NCBI GenBank assembly: GCA_963809865.1
Contig: CAWELL010000009.1
Span: forward strand, 67,263-131,262
DNA length: 64,000 bases
Source: an uncultured Acidobacteriaceae bacterium
GTDB lineage: Bacteria; Acidobacteriota; Terriglobia; Terriglobales; Acidobacteriaceae
Direction of reading: 5' to 3'
The first letter of the stretch is position 1. Every line of letters starts with the position of its first letter. The notes under the pieces are model-generated. The model had not been told where the DNA came from. It did not search any database and saw nothing but the letters and a program-made list of their open reading frames with translations. Of the stretch, positions 1 to 10,376 are shown piece after piece. A program made the position numbers and the translations under genes.

Positions 1-1301
1 TGCCCAATGCGCATCAGGCGCGTCTCCTCGCCGTCGCCGACTGCAACCTGCGGTTGAACATGTGTGTTCAACACGTTGCCCCATACCGGGATGTAGTTCG
101 GGCCGGTGGGAGGAGTGGACCACGACAGGATGGCCCGCAGCGGAACGCCTTCCATTTTCTCGCACGGTAGCTCGGTCAGGTTGGAGATGCGGAACACCGC
201 GTAGCTGATGGGGTGCTTCGCACTCGCCGCCTTCAGATCGTGGACTTGCACCTGGGCAACGCCGAGCGCGTTCCACACTCCGCCGAAGTAGGCATAGAAG
301 CCGACGTATTCGGTGCTGCCTGCGGTGCACAGGCCGCCGGAATAACCGCTGCTCTGCCTGATCTGGATGACAGCTTCCAGCTCGCGGGTCTGCGGGTTGT
401 ATCCGGCACAGGTCAGTTGCTCGTAGTTCGTGTCGCCCTCGAGCTTTTGAATCTCGCCAATGATGGACGATAGTTCTTCGCCGGAGATCACTCCTGAACC
501 AGCGTTGAGCTTGCCGACCGATAGCTGAGTGATGCCTTGGCTGATGGGACCGCCCGAGACTTTCTGGGCAAACTGGAAGCCAAAGCGGTGCTGCGGAACC
601 TTCTCCTTGGCATACAGGTTCTTGAGTTCTCCGTAGCTAAGCGGCTGGAGTTCGGTTGCAGCCAATGGCTTGCTGGTGTCCAGTTGCTTCAGCACGCCGG
701 GATCGATGGAGACTATTTTCTGTTCGAGCAATTCCGAAAGGGGTACTTCGAAGAAGAAGCGGGGCGCTACCTGGACCTCAGCATCCACCACATTGCCCCA
801 CACCGGAATAAAGTTCGGATTGCCCGGTGTCGGCTCCCACTCCCACGAGAGAATGGCTCGCACCTCAACGATGTTCTCGGTGAAGCAGAACTTACGTGTT
901 TCGCTGAAGTCCACCGACACGGAGTAGCTGAGCGGCAACGGGCCGGCAAGATCGAATACCTGGACTGAGCTCAAGCCCAGATCGTGCCAGCCTGTCGAGT
1001 CCTTCACAAAGAAGCGTACGTACTCGGTTGTACCTGCGCCGCAGGCGTTTGTACCGTAACCGGAGTGCAGCTTGATGTTGATAACACCTTCCAGCACGCT
1101 GCTGCCGGGATTCAATCCCAGGCATTCGAGCTGTTCGTAGCTGGTGTCTCCGCTGAGAGGCTTGACCGGTTTGCTGCCCAGTTTCGGGTAAGTGCCGAAG
1201 TAATTGGGATTGGACAACACCAGGTTCTTGAAATTTGAGCGCTCTGCCGGAAGCTCAACCTGCTTCGACAGGCCCGGGTTCTTCACTTCATCCTTTGCCA
1301 T
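1..1301 (-). CDS. hypothetical protein with two tandem ~190-aa internal repeats (N-terminal 433 codons; stop lies left of the window)
   Basis: Minus-strand frame is open from ATG 1301..1299 (AAGGAGAG RBS 6 nt upstream) to the window edge. My translation starts MAKDEVKNPGLSKQVELPAERSNFKNLVLSNPNYFGTYPKL. It is missing from the ORF track only because no stop falls in the window. No family recognised. Confidence 0.65.
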   Translation of the reverse strand, partial: MAKDEVKNPGLSKQVELPAERSNFKNLVLSNPNYFGTYPKLGSKPVKPLSGDTSYEQLECLGLNPGSSVLEGVINIKLHSGYGTNACGAGTTEYVRFFVKDSTGWHDLGLSSVQVFDLAGPLPLSYSVSVDFSETRKFCFTENIVEVRAILSWEWEPTPGNPNFIPVWGNVVDAEVQVAPRFFFEVPLSELLEQKIVSIDPGVLKQLDTSKPLAATELQPLSYGELKNLYAKEKVPQHRFGFQFAQKVSGGPISQGITQLSVGKLNAGSGVISGEELSSIIGEIQKLEGDTNYEQLTCAGYNPQTRELEAVIQIRQSSGYSGGLCTAGSTEYVGFYAYFGGVWNALGVAQVQVHDLKAASAKHPISYAVFRISNLTELPCEKMEGVPLRAILSWSTPPTGPNYIPVWGNVLNTHVQPQVAVGDGEETRLMRIG

Positions 1302-1727
1302 AGATCTCTCCTTGCCGTAGTGGCATCGCGTGAAAACAAACGGCGAGACTCGGCAACACATGGCTGAGATCGCTCGTTCATTACGACTGACTTTCGAGTG
1401 AAGAGCTCGTGACAGCGGGATCCTCGCGCGAGGAGTGTCAGCAAGTCTGAACTTCGCTCACGTTGTGAAACGCTTAAGCGATTGCGGGTAATCGGATCAG
1501 CACAATGTCATGGAGCAGTTGCCATGCCAACTGCGTGAAGGGCTGACTTTCGCAGACGTCGTGTGAAGAGTTGCCTGTGCTATCAACGCTTTGCTGTGTA
1601 GGGTGCCTGTCGGTACGGGCTCATCTGGAGCGGTTCGCCAAGTTTGCGTCTATCTGTACGGATAGATTGGCTAGCCATGAGGTGAGTCAGAGGGAAAATA
1701 TCTTTGAGCGTACTAAAGCCACACCCC

Positions 1728-3962
1728 TCAGTGTTCCTTGCCGAAGTAGTAGGTGAAGCTCAAGCTGACGTAAGACTTGAGCGGAACGCCAACAACACGC
1801 TCGAACGGCTCTTGTTCATTCGGCAGCGCCAGTGTTTCCAGCGTCTGGCCTGTGTACCCGTTCGCGATGAGGAAGTTCCCTGCTACCGACATCAGGTTGT
1901 CCTTGAACGTGCGCAGTATCGCTCCGCGCACTTCAGTTACTGGAACGCCGGTGAATCCGTCGCCCAGCGGCTTGGCTTTCACAAACTCGAACTCGCCACG
2001 CACTTGCAGGTTATACGGCAAACGATTGATCGACCCGAGAGCGTCCCATATCTGGCGTGGCGCTTCAGGAATTGGCTCACCTGTGTCGAGATCGCGAGCA
2101 TCGGCCTGAGCGTAGGAGATGAGCAGACTGCCGCGCGAAAAGTTGTGTTGTATCGAGGCCGAGAGGACATGGTTGAGCGACGGGCCGACAAGCTCCTGCA
2201 ACCCGGTGTCAGGATCGATTTTGGCCAGCTCCAGCGAATTGCTCACCCGGCGCAGTGTCAGATAGAACTGCGTGTTCTTCAGCGTCTTCGATAGCACGAG
2301 CTGATAGGCGCGTGACGGTGCAAGCAAGGTCGGCGCAACCGTGCCACCTTCCGTACCGATTCGCGGGTCGTTGGTGTGGAACGACTCGCCGAAGCTAAAC
2401 GACACCATCGGCAGGTACCAGTGGTCGGCCGGTGGCAAAATCGAAATCGTTCCCTTGGGCAGACTCAGGCTCGCCAGCCGGTTGAAGCTGTTTTGCGAAT
2501 TGATGAGGTCCTGGTTGTCCATCCAGACCTCTTCCTGACGAACTCCCAGATTAAAGTGAACGTACTTGGTTGCGCTGCCGTCGAAAGCGACAAACGGCTC
2601 GAGAAACGATAGCGTCAAATTGTTGCTGGTGACCGGCTGAAACACGCCGTCGTCGTCGACGTGCTTGAGATCGAGATTGCGCGGCGCATCGCGGCGTACA
2701 TCGACTCCTGCCATCACCGATAACCAGTGCCGGACGCTCTGGATGTACATGGCCTCGCCGCCGAACACGTTGCGATTTTCGCTCTGCTGAATGAGGCCAT
2801 CGCCGAAATTCGAGCGCAAGGTCAGCGCATAGTTGCGATAGAAGCCGGAGAATACAAACTGCCGTTGCTCGCTCAGCTTCCATGTATCGCTCACGGCAGC
2901 GAGGAAGTTGTAAGTGTTGTCGAGTTGGCGATTATCGATGGTGTCGCCCTTTACTGGAACGTTGATCGGGGTGAGTCCTGGCACGTAGGAAAAGCCATAG
3001 TATCCGGCGCCGTATACCGTCACGTCGTGGCTGCCGAGCAGGAACTCACGCGCGCCGTTAAGCTTGTATTGTTTGCGATCTTCCGGCCGCTCGAGAAATC
3101 CGTTGCCGAACGAGAACTCTCCGGCGACCCACGCATTGGTGTCGGGATTCCGCGGCGCCCATCCTGCCATGATGTCGCCGTCGCGGTAGTCGCCGGTGGC
3201 CTGCACGAAGGCGCTGGTGCGCGCCCGCGGCAGATACGTCGCAGCCAGATCGATGGAGTTGTTGCCCTGGCGCACGTTGAATGCGCCGCCGTCGACGCTG
3301 ACGCCTGCCAGCGTCGGCGTAATCATGAAGTTCGGATCGGAATATCCATTGCCATGAGCGTTTGCTGGTAGATTGTTGGGGAACAGAAAGTCGCCGACCT
3401 GCAAATATTGCGCGATAGGCTCGCCGTGATCCCCTGCAACACCGGGAGCAAAGTACTGCGGCGCTTTGATGCCGCCAGACGCCGTCTCAATCGGCAAGCC
3501 GGGAATGGAGATTGGCGCGCCGGGACGTCCCGGATTAGCGTCGAGCACCTGATCTTTGATCAGCACATCACGCCCGGGATCGGGGGTAAGGATCGACGGG
3601 GCCGTAGCAACCACAGTCACGTATTGCTGGTCGGAAACAATCTGCTTGAACGCCAGCATCACGGTTGTGGGTTGCCCTGCTCCGACAGCAACCGGCGTGT
3701 TCGTCAAGACAAATGCCGGCGACTCGGCCGTGAGGACATACTGCCCCGCGTCGATCTCGCGAAAAGCGAACACCCCGTTGTGGTCGGTGACAGCTTCTTT
3801 CACCACTTGGCCGCCGGCATTCAGAAGCTGCACCTTAGCCTGATCCACGGGCTGACCTTGCGGGTCGACTACGCGTCCGATGAGAGGAAAGCTCGCGGCC
3901 CACGCCAAACTGCAGAGCGTCAGGCAGAGGACCGCGATAACGAGTTGGACACGCATTCGCAC
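1728..3962 (-). CDS. outer-membrane TonB-dependent-receptor-like beta-barrel with N-terminal carboxypeptidase-regulatory-like domain
   Basis: 744-aa ORF with signal peptide MRMRVQLVIAVLCLTLCSLAWA. GRVVDPQGQPV..VQLLNAGGQVV..TDHNGVFAFREIDAGQYVLTAES is a typical CarboxypepD_reg signature. It has a plug-like GGIKAPQYFAPGVAGDHGEP segment and a long beta-strand-like C-terminal region. Confidence 0.8.
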   Translation of the reverse strand: MRMRVQLVIAVLCLTLCSLAWAASFPLIGRVVDPQGQPVDQAKVQLLNAGGQVVKEAVTDHNGVFAFREIDAGQYVLTAESPAFVLTNTPVAVGAGQPTTVMLAFKQIVSDQQYVTVVATAPSILTPDPGRDVLIKDQVLDANPGRPGAPISIPGLPIETASGGIKAPQYFAPGVAGDHGEPIAQYLQVGDFLFPNNLPANAHGNGYSDPNFMITPTLAGVSVDGGAFNVRQGNNSIDLAATYLPRARTSAFVQATGDYRDGDIMAGWAPRNPDTNAWVAGEFSFGNGFLERPEDRKQYKLNGAREFLLGSHDVTVYGAGYYGFSYVPGLTPINVPVKGDTIDNRQLDNTYNFLAAVSDTWKLSEQRQFVFSGFYRNYALTLRSNFGDGLIQQSENRNVFGGEAMYIQSVRHWLSVMAGVDVRRDAPRNLDLKHVDDDGVFQPVTSNNLTLSFLEPFVAFDGSATKYVHFNLGVRQEEVWMDNQDLINSQNSFNRLASLSLPKGTISILPPADHWYLPMVSFSFGESFHTNDPRIGTEGGTVAPTLLAPSRAYQLVLSKTLKNTQFYLTLRRVSNSLELAKIDPDTGLQELVGPSLNHVLSASIQHNFSRGSLLISYAQADARDLDTGEPIPEAPRQIWDALGSINRLPYNLQVRGEFEFVKAKPLGDGFTGVPVTEVRGAILRTFKDNLMSVAGNFLIANGYTGQTLETLALPNEQEPFERVVGVPLKSYVSLSFTYYFGKEH

Positions 3963-3983
3963 AGGACTTCCCTTATTGCGATT

Positions 3984-5249
3984 CTACTTAGCTGCCGGAG
4001 CCTGAAGCTGGGCCAGAGTGTTGCGCGCCTGCTGTGAGCCCAACGTGTTCAGGTCGGACGCCTGCTTGAGATAGCGTTCGGCTGCAGTGGTGTCTCCAGC
4101 CTTCAATGCGATCTCGCCTGCGTGCCGATACATCTGGGCATCGCGTACTCCCACCGCCAGCGCCGTTTCGATCTGCTTGCGGGCTTCGGCATACCGGCCA
4201 TTCTTATAAAGCGCCCAGGCGTAGCAGTCCAACGTGTGGACATCGCGACGGCGCGCGATCTCGCGCTCGGCAACGCTCAATGCTTTGTCAGGTGCGTTCG
4301 CATAATCGGCGTAGTACATGATCAGCTCGTGGTTGGAGTTGTCGCCGATGTTGGTTTCCTTCAGCGACTTCTGCTCGAACTCCGCGAAAGCTTTGTTCGC
4401 TTCATCCGTTCGTCCGGCAAGCTGCAAGGCTACGGCTAGCTCATACAGGTTCTCTGCGTGCGGCGCAGCGTTGTAGCGCTGCTGAAGAAGGGACACCGCC
4501 TCGCCATACCGCTTCTGCTGAATTCGCACCTTTGCCAGGTTGCCGAGCGCATAGTGATAACCAGGAAACATCGCCAGCGCCTGTTGAAGTTCCTTCTCTG
4601 CCTGGATGGTATCGCCGGTCGCAAGGTGCAGATGCGCCATTTGCGTGAGAATCCACGCGCCATCTTCCGCCTGGCTGGGCGCGTTAGACTGATACGCCAT
4701 GTTCATCAGCTCCAGCGCGCCATCAATGTCACCAAACAGCTCGCGTAGATATGCAGCGCGAGTGGCAGCGGGCTGATTGGCGCCGCGAAGCTTCATCATC
4801 CAGTTGGCAGCGTTCTCGGCATCGGCATAATTTCCGAGCTCGACGTTGGCGTCGGTAAGAAAGCCGTACACCGTCACATCGTCCGGAGTGCGCTTGTTCA
4901 GCTTCTTCGCCTCCTCGAGTGCGGCGGCAAACTCGTGCTTACCCAGCAGCAGCCATACCTGGATGCGCTTGCCATCAAAATTCTCGGGAGAAATCGCAAA
5001 CGACTTTTGCAATGCCGCTTCGCCCTGATTGTAGAAGCTGGGATCCGAGGTCTCCCGTGCACGCCTGGCCAGCGCCAGTGCCATACCGTTATAGGCTTCG
5101 TAGTTCTTAGGGTTTTTCTCGATCATCCGTTGTGCAGCAGCGATGCTTTGCTGCGCGGGAGAAAGCTTGGTATCCGTGGTCGTGCCGCTCTGTGCCCATG
5201 CGCTGACAGCAGCCATCAGCACTAAGAAAATTACGCATAACCGTTTCAT
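3984..5249 (-). CDS. secreted tetratricopeptide-repeat (TPR) protein
   Basis: ORF 3984..5369 trimmed to ATG 5249 (MKRLCVIFLVLMAAVSAWAQ signal peptide, AAGGAG RBS upstream). It has repeated A/Y/L-rich 34-aa TPR-like units (YEAYNGMALALARR, YALGNLAKVRIQQKRYGEA, and others). Confidence 0.8.
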   Translation of the reverse strand: MKRLCVIFLVLMAAVSAWAQSGTTTDTKLSPAQQSIAAAQRMIEKNPKNYEAYNGMALALARRARETSDPSFYNQGEAALQKSFAISPENFDGKRIQVWLLLGKHEFAAALEEAKKLNKRTPDDVTVYGFLTDANVELGNYADAENAANWMMKLRGANQPAATRAAYLRELFGDIDGALELMNMAYQSNAPSQAEDGAWILTQMAHLHLATGDTIQAEKELQQALAMFPGYHYALGNLAKVRIQQKRYGEAVSLLQQRYNAAPHAENLYELAVALQLAGRTDEANKAFAEFEQKSLKETNIGDNSNHELIMYYADYANAPDKALSVAEREIARRRDVHTLDCYAWALYKNGRYAEARKQIETALAVGVRDAQMYRHAGEIALKAGDTTAAERYLKQASDLNTLGSQQARNTLAQLQAPAAK

Positions 5250-5310
5250 CGTGTTTGCTCCTTTCGCGAGAAGATAAGGCGGCTGCCCATTGCGGACAGC
5301 CACCTGCCCA

Positions 5311-6804
5311 TTAGTTGACGGGGCAAATGCCGCCGGGCTGGCCGGAGCAACCTTGCTGTCCGGGACCAACGTGGACGCTCTGGCGTCCGCTATTGGCGGG
5401 CGTCACGAACGGAAAAGTATTGTTGTAGCCATGATCGTTGAGCTGCACGCCATCACCGATGCGCGCGTTGTACTTATTGGGATCGGCGAGGATTCCCTGC
5501 ACGGCGCGAGCAGCGATGTCGACTACGTCATCCACCGGACGACGTCCGTTGGGGAAGCCTGCGTTGTCACCCACGATGAAGCCCAGACGCTTCTGCTGAT
5601 CAACGGGAGTGGGAGGAATGCCGGTGTTGAGGCGCAACAGGTCAGCAATTGGCCCTGCATCGTTCGGTCCGCATCCCGGGCAGATTGGAGGCATGTACTG
5701 CACCAGCGGCAGCAGATCAAGACGCGGCGGAGGGGGAATTGGCACACCCAGCACGCTGTTGAATAGATGCGCGAGTAGTGGATCGAGGAAGAAGTCGGCA
5801 AACTGCGAATCGTTTACCGGGAAGTCGGTGCTGAACTTGTCCTTCGAGCCGGTGCCGATAATCAACTCGTTGATGAGCGAGTTGCCTTCACGGTTCACTT
5901 GGGCCACGGCAGTGTTCGGCGACAGCGTGTACTGACCACGCCGAACAGTAATAACCGGGCGCGAAGTGGAACCGTAAGTTCCGATCACGGCCCGCTTGTC
6001 GCCGGCGCCGTGCATCATGCCGTCCTGCGTGAGCATGGTGATAGGCACTTCAATCGCGATGCTGTTAACGTTGTAGCCCGCAACGGCGTCGGGTGCGTAG
6101 TTGTTCTTGTCGTCGTTATCGACGGCGGGAGTCAGTATCCCGCCCACGCCCATGCGGAAGTTCAGCGAGTCGAAGGCCGCGCCCAGGTCGATGTAGAAGG
6201 GATCGTCCACCGTTCCGGCGAACACGTGTATGTTGTTCCCCAAGTCGTAGATTCCCTGGCTGAATAGCGACGGGTAACTCGGCATGGTGAGCGGCCCAAC
6301 ATTGGACGGCACGGCGAAAACTGTCTTGCCCGCTGTGAGGTCCGTCGAGACGCCGTTCTTGATCATGGTGACGGTGTAATGCTGACGTAGGCTCAGGCCT
6401 TCGGAGCCAGGGCCGTCGAGAGCAGTAATGGGCGGAATGTTGTAGATGCCACCGACAAATCCGGTGAACACATCGGGCAGGCGAATTTCAGTAGTGAAAC
6501 GGAACTGAAACTTAATGTCGGGAATGCCGTCGCGGTTGTTATCGACAAGCATCTCGTACACTACATTCGGATCGAAGGGAAAGTAGTTGGGGCCGTTGGC
6601 CGGCTCCAGCAGCGGATCGACATTGAGAATCATGGTCACGCGATCTGGGTGGTCATAGCTCACGAACGCGTACCAGTCGGTAACGTCCGCGCCGTGATCG
6701 AGGGCAGTGATAGGCGCTTCACGGTGGCTGGATGCGAACGCAGCAGCGGGCACCAGCAACAGCAGAGCGATAAGACACACTACGGGTATATAGAGTCTCC
6801 TCAT
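5311..6804 (-). CDS. DUF4331 family secreted protein
   Basis: 497-aa ORF with a signal peptide followed by ASSHREAPITALDHGADVTDWYAFVSYD, the characteristic N-terminal motif of DUF4331. It lies 62 nt upstream of the TPR gene on the same strand. Confidence 0.8.
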   Translation of the reverse strand: MRRLYIPVVCLIALLLLVPAAAFASSHREAPITALDHGADVTDWYAFVSYDHPDRVTMILNVDPLLEPANGPNYFPFDPNVVYEMLVDNNRDGIPDIKFQFRFTTEIRLPDVFTGFVGGIYNIPPITALDGPGSEGLSLRQHYTVTMIKNGVSTDLTAGKTVFAVPSNVGPLTMPSYPSLFSQGIYDLGNNIHVFAGTVDDPFYIDLGAAFDSLNFRMGVGGILTPAVDNDDKNNYAPDAVAGYNVNSIAIEVPITMLTQDGMMHGAGDKRAVIGTYGSTSRPVITVRRGQYTLSPNTAVAQVNREGNSLINELIIGTGSKDKFSTDFPVNDSQFADFFLDPLLAHLFNSVLGVPIPPPPRLDLLPLVQYMPPICPGCGPNDAGPIADLLRLNTGIPPTPVDQQKRLGFIVGDNAGFPNGRRPVDDVVDIAARAVQGILADPNKYNARIGDGVQLNDHGYNNTFPFVTPANSGRQSVHVGPGQQGCSGQPGGICPVN

Positions 6805-7106
6805 TGAAAGAACCTCGCAAATGTCGGATTGAAAGACGCGCGGTGATCTGTCTGGGGAAGGGGCCTTACCGGCGTCGCTCTATCCTGAGTTACGCGGAAA
6901 CTTTGAAATCAGATTGTGCGGAGCAGATTTTTCGTGAGAGAAATTGCTTTCGTGAATTGTTGACAGTTTTCGTTTGAGAATCCAAACCGAATCGAGGCTC
7001 GTTACGTACCTCTTTGAGGGGTGCACGACAGGTGGCCCATATCGGCGCATTCGCTCGAGCGATAGATCCATCCCGCCCGCCGAAATCGCGTGCGCTTCAT
7101 AACATC

Positions 7107-8081
7107 TCAGCCGGTTCGCTGGCGATAGCTGGCCCTGAGCTCTGTGACAATCTCATCCGCCGCCTTCCGGGCCTCGTCAAATTTCCCCGGAGGAAACGAG
7201 ATAGCGCCCACCCGAGCGTGACCTCCGCCGCCATAGCGCTCGCAGATCTTTGCCAGATTCTCCGTCGGTTTGATCGGCGCCCATGGGTTCGAGCCAACCG
7301 AGACCTTGGTACGAAACGAACTTTTGCTCAGTCCCACACTGTAGGTGCCGTTGGGATGAAGGTAATAGGGGATGAACTTGTTGTATCCCTCCAACTCGTG
7401 GTCGGTGATATCGAAGAAGATGGTGCCGTCGGTGCAACTGGAGCGCTGCCGCAGGACTTCGATTGACTGTTTGTGTCGCCCCAGCAGCGCCGGCAAACGA
7501 TCAGCCACTATCGGCTCGGCCACGATATCGGCCAGCGGCTTGTAGGCCAACATCGGGATAAGCTTGGGAAGAAGCTCGGAATCCTGGGTTGATTCGATTA
7601 CCATGGTCAGCTTCATCGCGGGCTCGGCCATCTCCACCGCAGTTTTTGCGTCGGCATAGAGCGCACCATCGATGATGTCGGCCCATTCAACGAGCTGGGC
7701 CACACTATCCTTCCTGAACCCGAAGCGGTTCTCTGTCACGTCGGCGATGAACTTGGTACACGAGCGGTAGTCGGGATCGTAGAACTTGGTGTTGCTCAGC
7801 GTGCTCTCGTAGTGCTCGGCATCTTCGGGCGTAAGGAACGCGCTCTGGTGATGATCGAACCACCAGGTAATCTGCGGCGACGGCGAATACTTGAAGTCGA
7901 CGATCGCGTTCTCGTCGCCGGTAAACTCCGCTTCATTGAACAGCGCTCCAGCGCGATGCAGCAGGCCCGAGTATTCGAACTCCGCGTGCTCGCGGATGCG
8001 CTCGCGATAAAACCGGCTGAATACCGCCGCCGAACATGCTCCGTCAAAACAACGATCGTGGTAGAACACCTTGACCCGCAC
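7107..8081 (-). CDS. DHH/DHHA1 family phosphoesterase
   Basis: 324-aa ORF with an N-terminal FYHDRCFDGACSAAV motif, the WWFDHHQSAF (DHH) motif and the C-terminal GGGGHARVGAISF (DHHA1 GGGH) motif. Confidence 0.75.
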   Translation of the reverse strand: MRVKVFYHDRCFDGACSAAVFSRFYRERIREHAEFEYSGLLHRAGALFNEAEFTGDENAIVDFKYSPSPQITWWFDHHQSAFLTPEDAEHYESTLSNTKFYDPDYRSCTKFIADVTENRFGFRKDSVAQLVEWADIIDGALYADAKTAVEMAEPAMKLTMVIESTQDSELLPKLIPMLAYKPLADIVAEPIVADRLPALLGRHKQSIEVLRQRSSCTDGTIFFDITDHELEGYNKFIPYYLHPNGTYSVGLSKSSFRTKVSVGSNPWAPIKPTENLAKICERYGGGGHARVGAISFPPGKFDEARKAADEIVTELRASYRQRTG

Positions 8082-8301
8082 AGCCTTCGCACCGCTCCCT
8101 TCGGCCGTTTGTCCTTACATTGACGTCCGGCGCGACCTGCTACTGCAATGACTTTTTCGAAAAGTGAAAAGTAAATAGAAATGACATGCGCAACGGGGCG
8201 CTGTCAAGCGACCGCGCAATGTGTTCTCTCAATATACATGGGGAAAGGCGCTGAAGAAGCGTTTCAAGGGGCAACGAAACACCAGAATTACACGGCTCGA
8301 C

Positions 8302-8874
8302 TTAAGGTGCTTCCGCCAACTTCTCTGCAAAGTCGCCCACCAGCGGCAGCTTGAAGGTCTCGTGTTCGTACGCCTTGAAAACCAGCAACAGCCATAACGT
8401 GAGCTCCGCCAGAATGAGCAGACCATATAGTGAAAGCACCAATAACGGAAGGAGCTTTCCAAACAGCGCAATCGCCAGCTGCAAAACGATCAACGCACCG
8501 ACCGTAAGCAGACACTGGATACTGTGGAACCTGACAAAGCGGTTTCGGTTGAAGGGACGAACCAGCAGGAACACGATCGCAGGCACAACGAAGTAGGCCA
8601 GCATGCCTGCGATGTTGTCGGGCAGACCCGAAGCGATATTGGGCACTGTCACCTGCGGCTCGCGGGCTGCAACAGCGGGAACGTTCGGAGTTGCAGCAGA
8701 CGCCGCATTCGGCAAAGGCGAAGACGTGCCGGTTCCACAGTTCGGGCAGAACCGGGCCGACTCCGCAATCTGTTGAGCGCAACTAGGACAGGCTGGCAAC
8801 GAGTCAGGCCTTGGCGCTGACTGCTGCGTCGGCGGCGATTGGCAGACCCGCTTTCTCCCAGGCGTCGAAACCAC
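8302..8874 (-). CDS. zinc-ribbon plus DUF4870-like integral membrane protein
   Basis: CPSCAQQIAESARFCPNCG zinc ribbon followed by three predicted TM helices (GMLAYFVVPAIVFLLVRPFNRNRFVRFHSIQCLL resembles DUF4870). The start is uncertain. ATG 8874 overlaps the upstream gene by 71 nt, and TTG at 8799 would remove the overlap. Confidence 0.6.
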   Translation of the reverse strand: MVSTPGRKRVCQSPPTQQSAPRPDSLPACPSCAQQIAESARFCPNCGTGTSSPLPNAASAATPNVPAVAAREPQVTVPNIASGLPDNIAGMLAYFVVPAIVFLLVRPFNRNRFVRFHSIQCLLTVGALIVLQLAIALFGKLLPLLVLSLYGLLILAELTLWLLLVFKAYEHETFKLPLVGDFAEKLAEAP

Positions 8875-10201
8875 CGATCACGTTGACGACGTTATCGTGG
8901 CCCGCACGCTGCAGGAAGCTGCACGCAATGATGCTGCGGTAACCGCCCTTGCAATGTACGGCGACGGGCACATCGGAATTGAGTTCAGGCAACGCGCCCT
9001 TGAAATTGTCCAGCGGATGCCAATCTGCGCCTTCGAGGTGGCCTGCGTTCCATTCACCTTCGCGGCGAACGTCGAGCACGTGAAGTGCCCTCTTGTCGAG
9101 TTGATTTTTGAGCTCTTGCACTGTCACCTGAGCTACTTGTGCGAGCGGCAGCCCTGCCGCTTTCCACGCTGAAATGCCGCCCTCAAGGTAGCCCGCAACG
9201 TCTTCGATGCCCACACGCGCCAGCCGCAGCCGCGCCTCGGAAATCTGCTCTTCGGTTTCGCCAATCAGCACCGGATCCGCCGCCAATCCCAAAACCGCGC
9301 CGGCCCAAGAGGCGAACTGGCCTCCCAGCGGAATGCTGATCGACTTGGGCACATGGCCGGCGGCAAACTCATCCTGGTGTCGCACGTCCACCGCGGTGAC
9401 ACCCTGAGCAATCTGATATTGCAACTCAGCCGGCGCGATCGGCGCTAGCTCAGGAAGTTCATTGAGCGCCGCAGCACCTTCGCGATTGATGGCGGCATCC
9501 TGGGCGAAATACTCAGGGCGCGCAGGAAGGTTCGAAGTCATCTGCGCCACGAAATCCTCCCGCGACTGGATCTGTAGCGCCCAATTGGTCAGGCGCTCAG
9601 TGCCAATGGTTGATGAGCTCTCGGCTCGCATCTTGCGTCCGCAAAGCGAACCGGCACCGTGCGCGGGATACACCAGCGTCTTATCGGGCAGGGTCATCAG
9701 CTTGTGGTGCAGCGAGTCGAACATCATGTCGGCGAGCTGTTGCGGGGTGTGCGTCGGAGAAAGGTCGGGCCGGCCCACATCGCCGATGAAGAGCGTGTCG
9801 CCGGTAAACACCGCCCACGGTTCATCTCCATGCTCACAATCCGTAAGCACCAGGCAGATGCTCTCGGGCGTGTGGCCGGGAGTTTCCAACGCGGTCAAGC
9901 GGACGTCTCCAACTTGCAACGCGAACCCGTCATGCAGTGCGACGTGCTCGAACTTCGCGCCCGCGGCAGCACCGACGTAGATTTTCGCCCCCGTTCGTTC
10001 CGCCAACTCGCGATGCCCGGAGACGAAGTCGGCATGAAGATGCGTTTCGAAGATGTAACGGATCGTAAGTCCGTTCTTCTGCGCCGCCTCGATATAGATT
10101 TCGACATCCCGCTGCGGATCGACGACGACCGCCTCGTCCTTCGAGCCGAACATGTATGAGGCATGCGCCAGGCAGCCAAGATAGAACTGCTGAAAGTACA
10201 T
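8804..10201 (-). CDS. MBL-fold metallo-hydrolase fused to two rhodanese domains (persulfide-dioxygenase-like)
   Basis: ORF 8804..10213, with the probable start at MYFQQFYLGCLAHASYM (ATG 10201). It has the metal-binding motif ETHLHADFVSGH and C-terminal rhodanese repeats with the active-site loop VHCKGGYRS. Confidence 0.8.
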   Translation of the reverse strand: MYFQQFYLGCLAHASYMFGSKDEAVVVDPQRDVEIYIEAAQKNGLTIRYIFETHLHADFVSGHRELAERTGAKIYVGAAAGAKFEHVALHDGFALQVGDVRLTALETPGHTPESICLVLTDCEHGDEPWAVFTGDTLFIGDVGRPDLSPTHTPQQLADMMFDSLHHKLMTLPDKTLVYPAHGAGSLCGRKMRAESSSTIGTERLTNWALQIQSREDFVAQMTSNLPARPEYFAQDAAINREGAAALNELPELAPIAPAELQYQIAQGVTAVDVRHQDEFAAGHVPKSISIPLGGQFASWAGAVLGLAADPVLIGETEEQISEARLRLARVGIEDVAGYLEGGISAWKAAGLPLAQVAQVTVQELKNQLDKRALHVLDVRREGEWNAGHLEGADWHPLDNFKGALPELNSDVPVAVHCKGGYRSIIACSFLQRAGHDNVVNVIGGFDAWEKAGLPIAADAAVSAKA

Positions 10202-10376
10202 GGAATCCCCCATTCGCGCGCAATCATAAACCGCTGGCGACTGTGAATAGTATCAGGTATTGGTAAGGCTTGGAGTATGTGGCCTGCGCTCGCGAAGGAG
10301 ATTGGTGCCAGAAGCAGTTCAGGGTGGGTGTACCGGGTAGCGCGGACTCTTTTAGGTCGCGGCTCAGGCGGCACCT

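Noticed and set aside
8804-8874. 71-nt overlap between the MBL-rhodanese gene end and the zinc-ribbon gene start, considered as a functional overlap
   Set aside because: It is more likely a start-codon over-extension in the ORF track. An in-frame TTG at 8799 gives a non-overlapping start just before the CPSC zinc ribbon.
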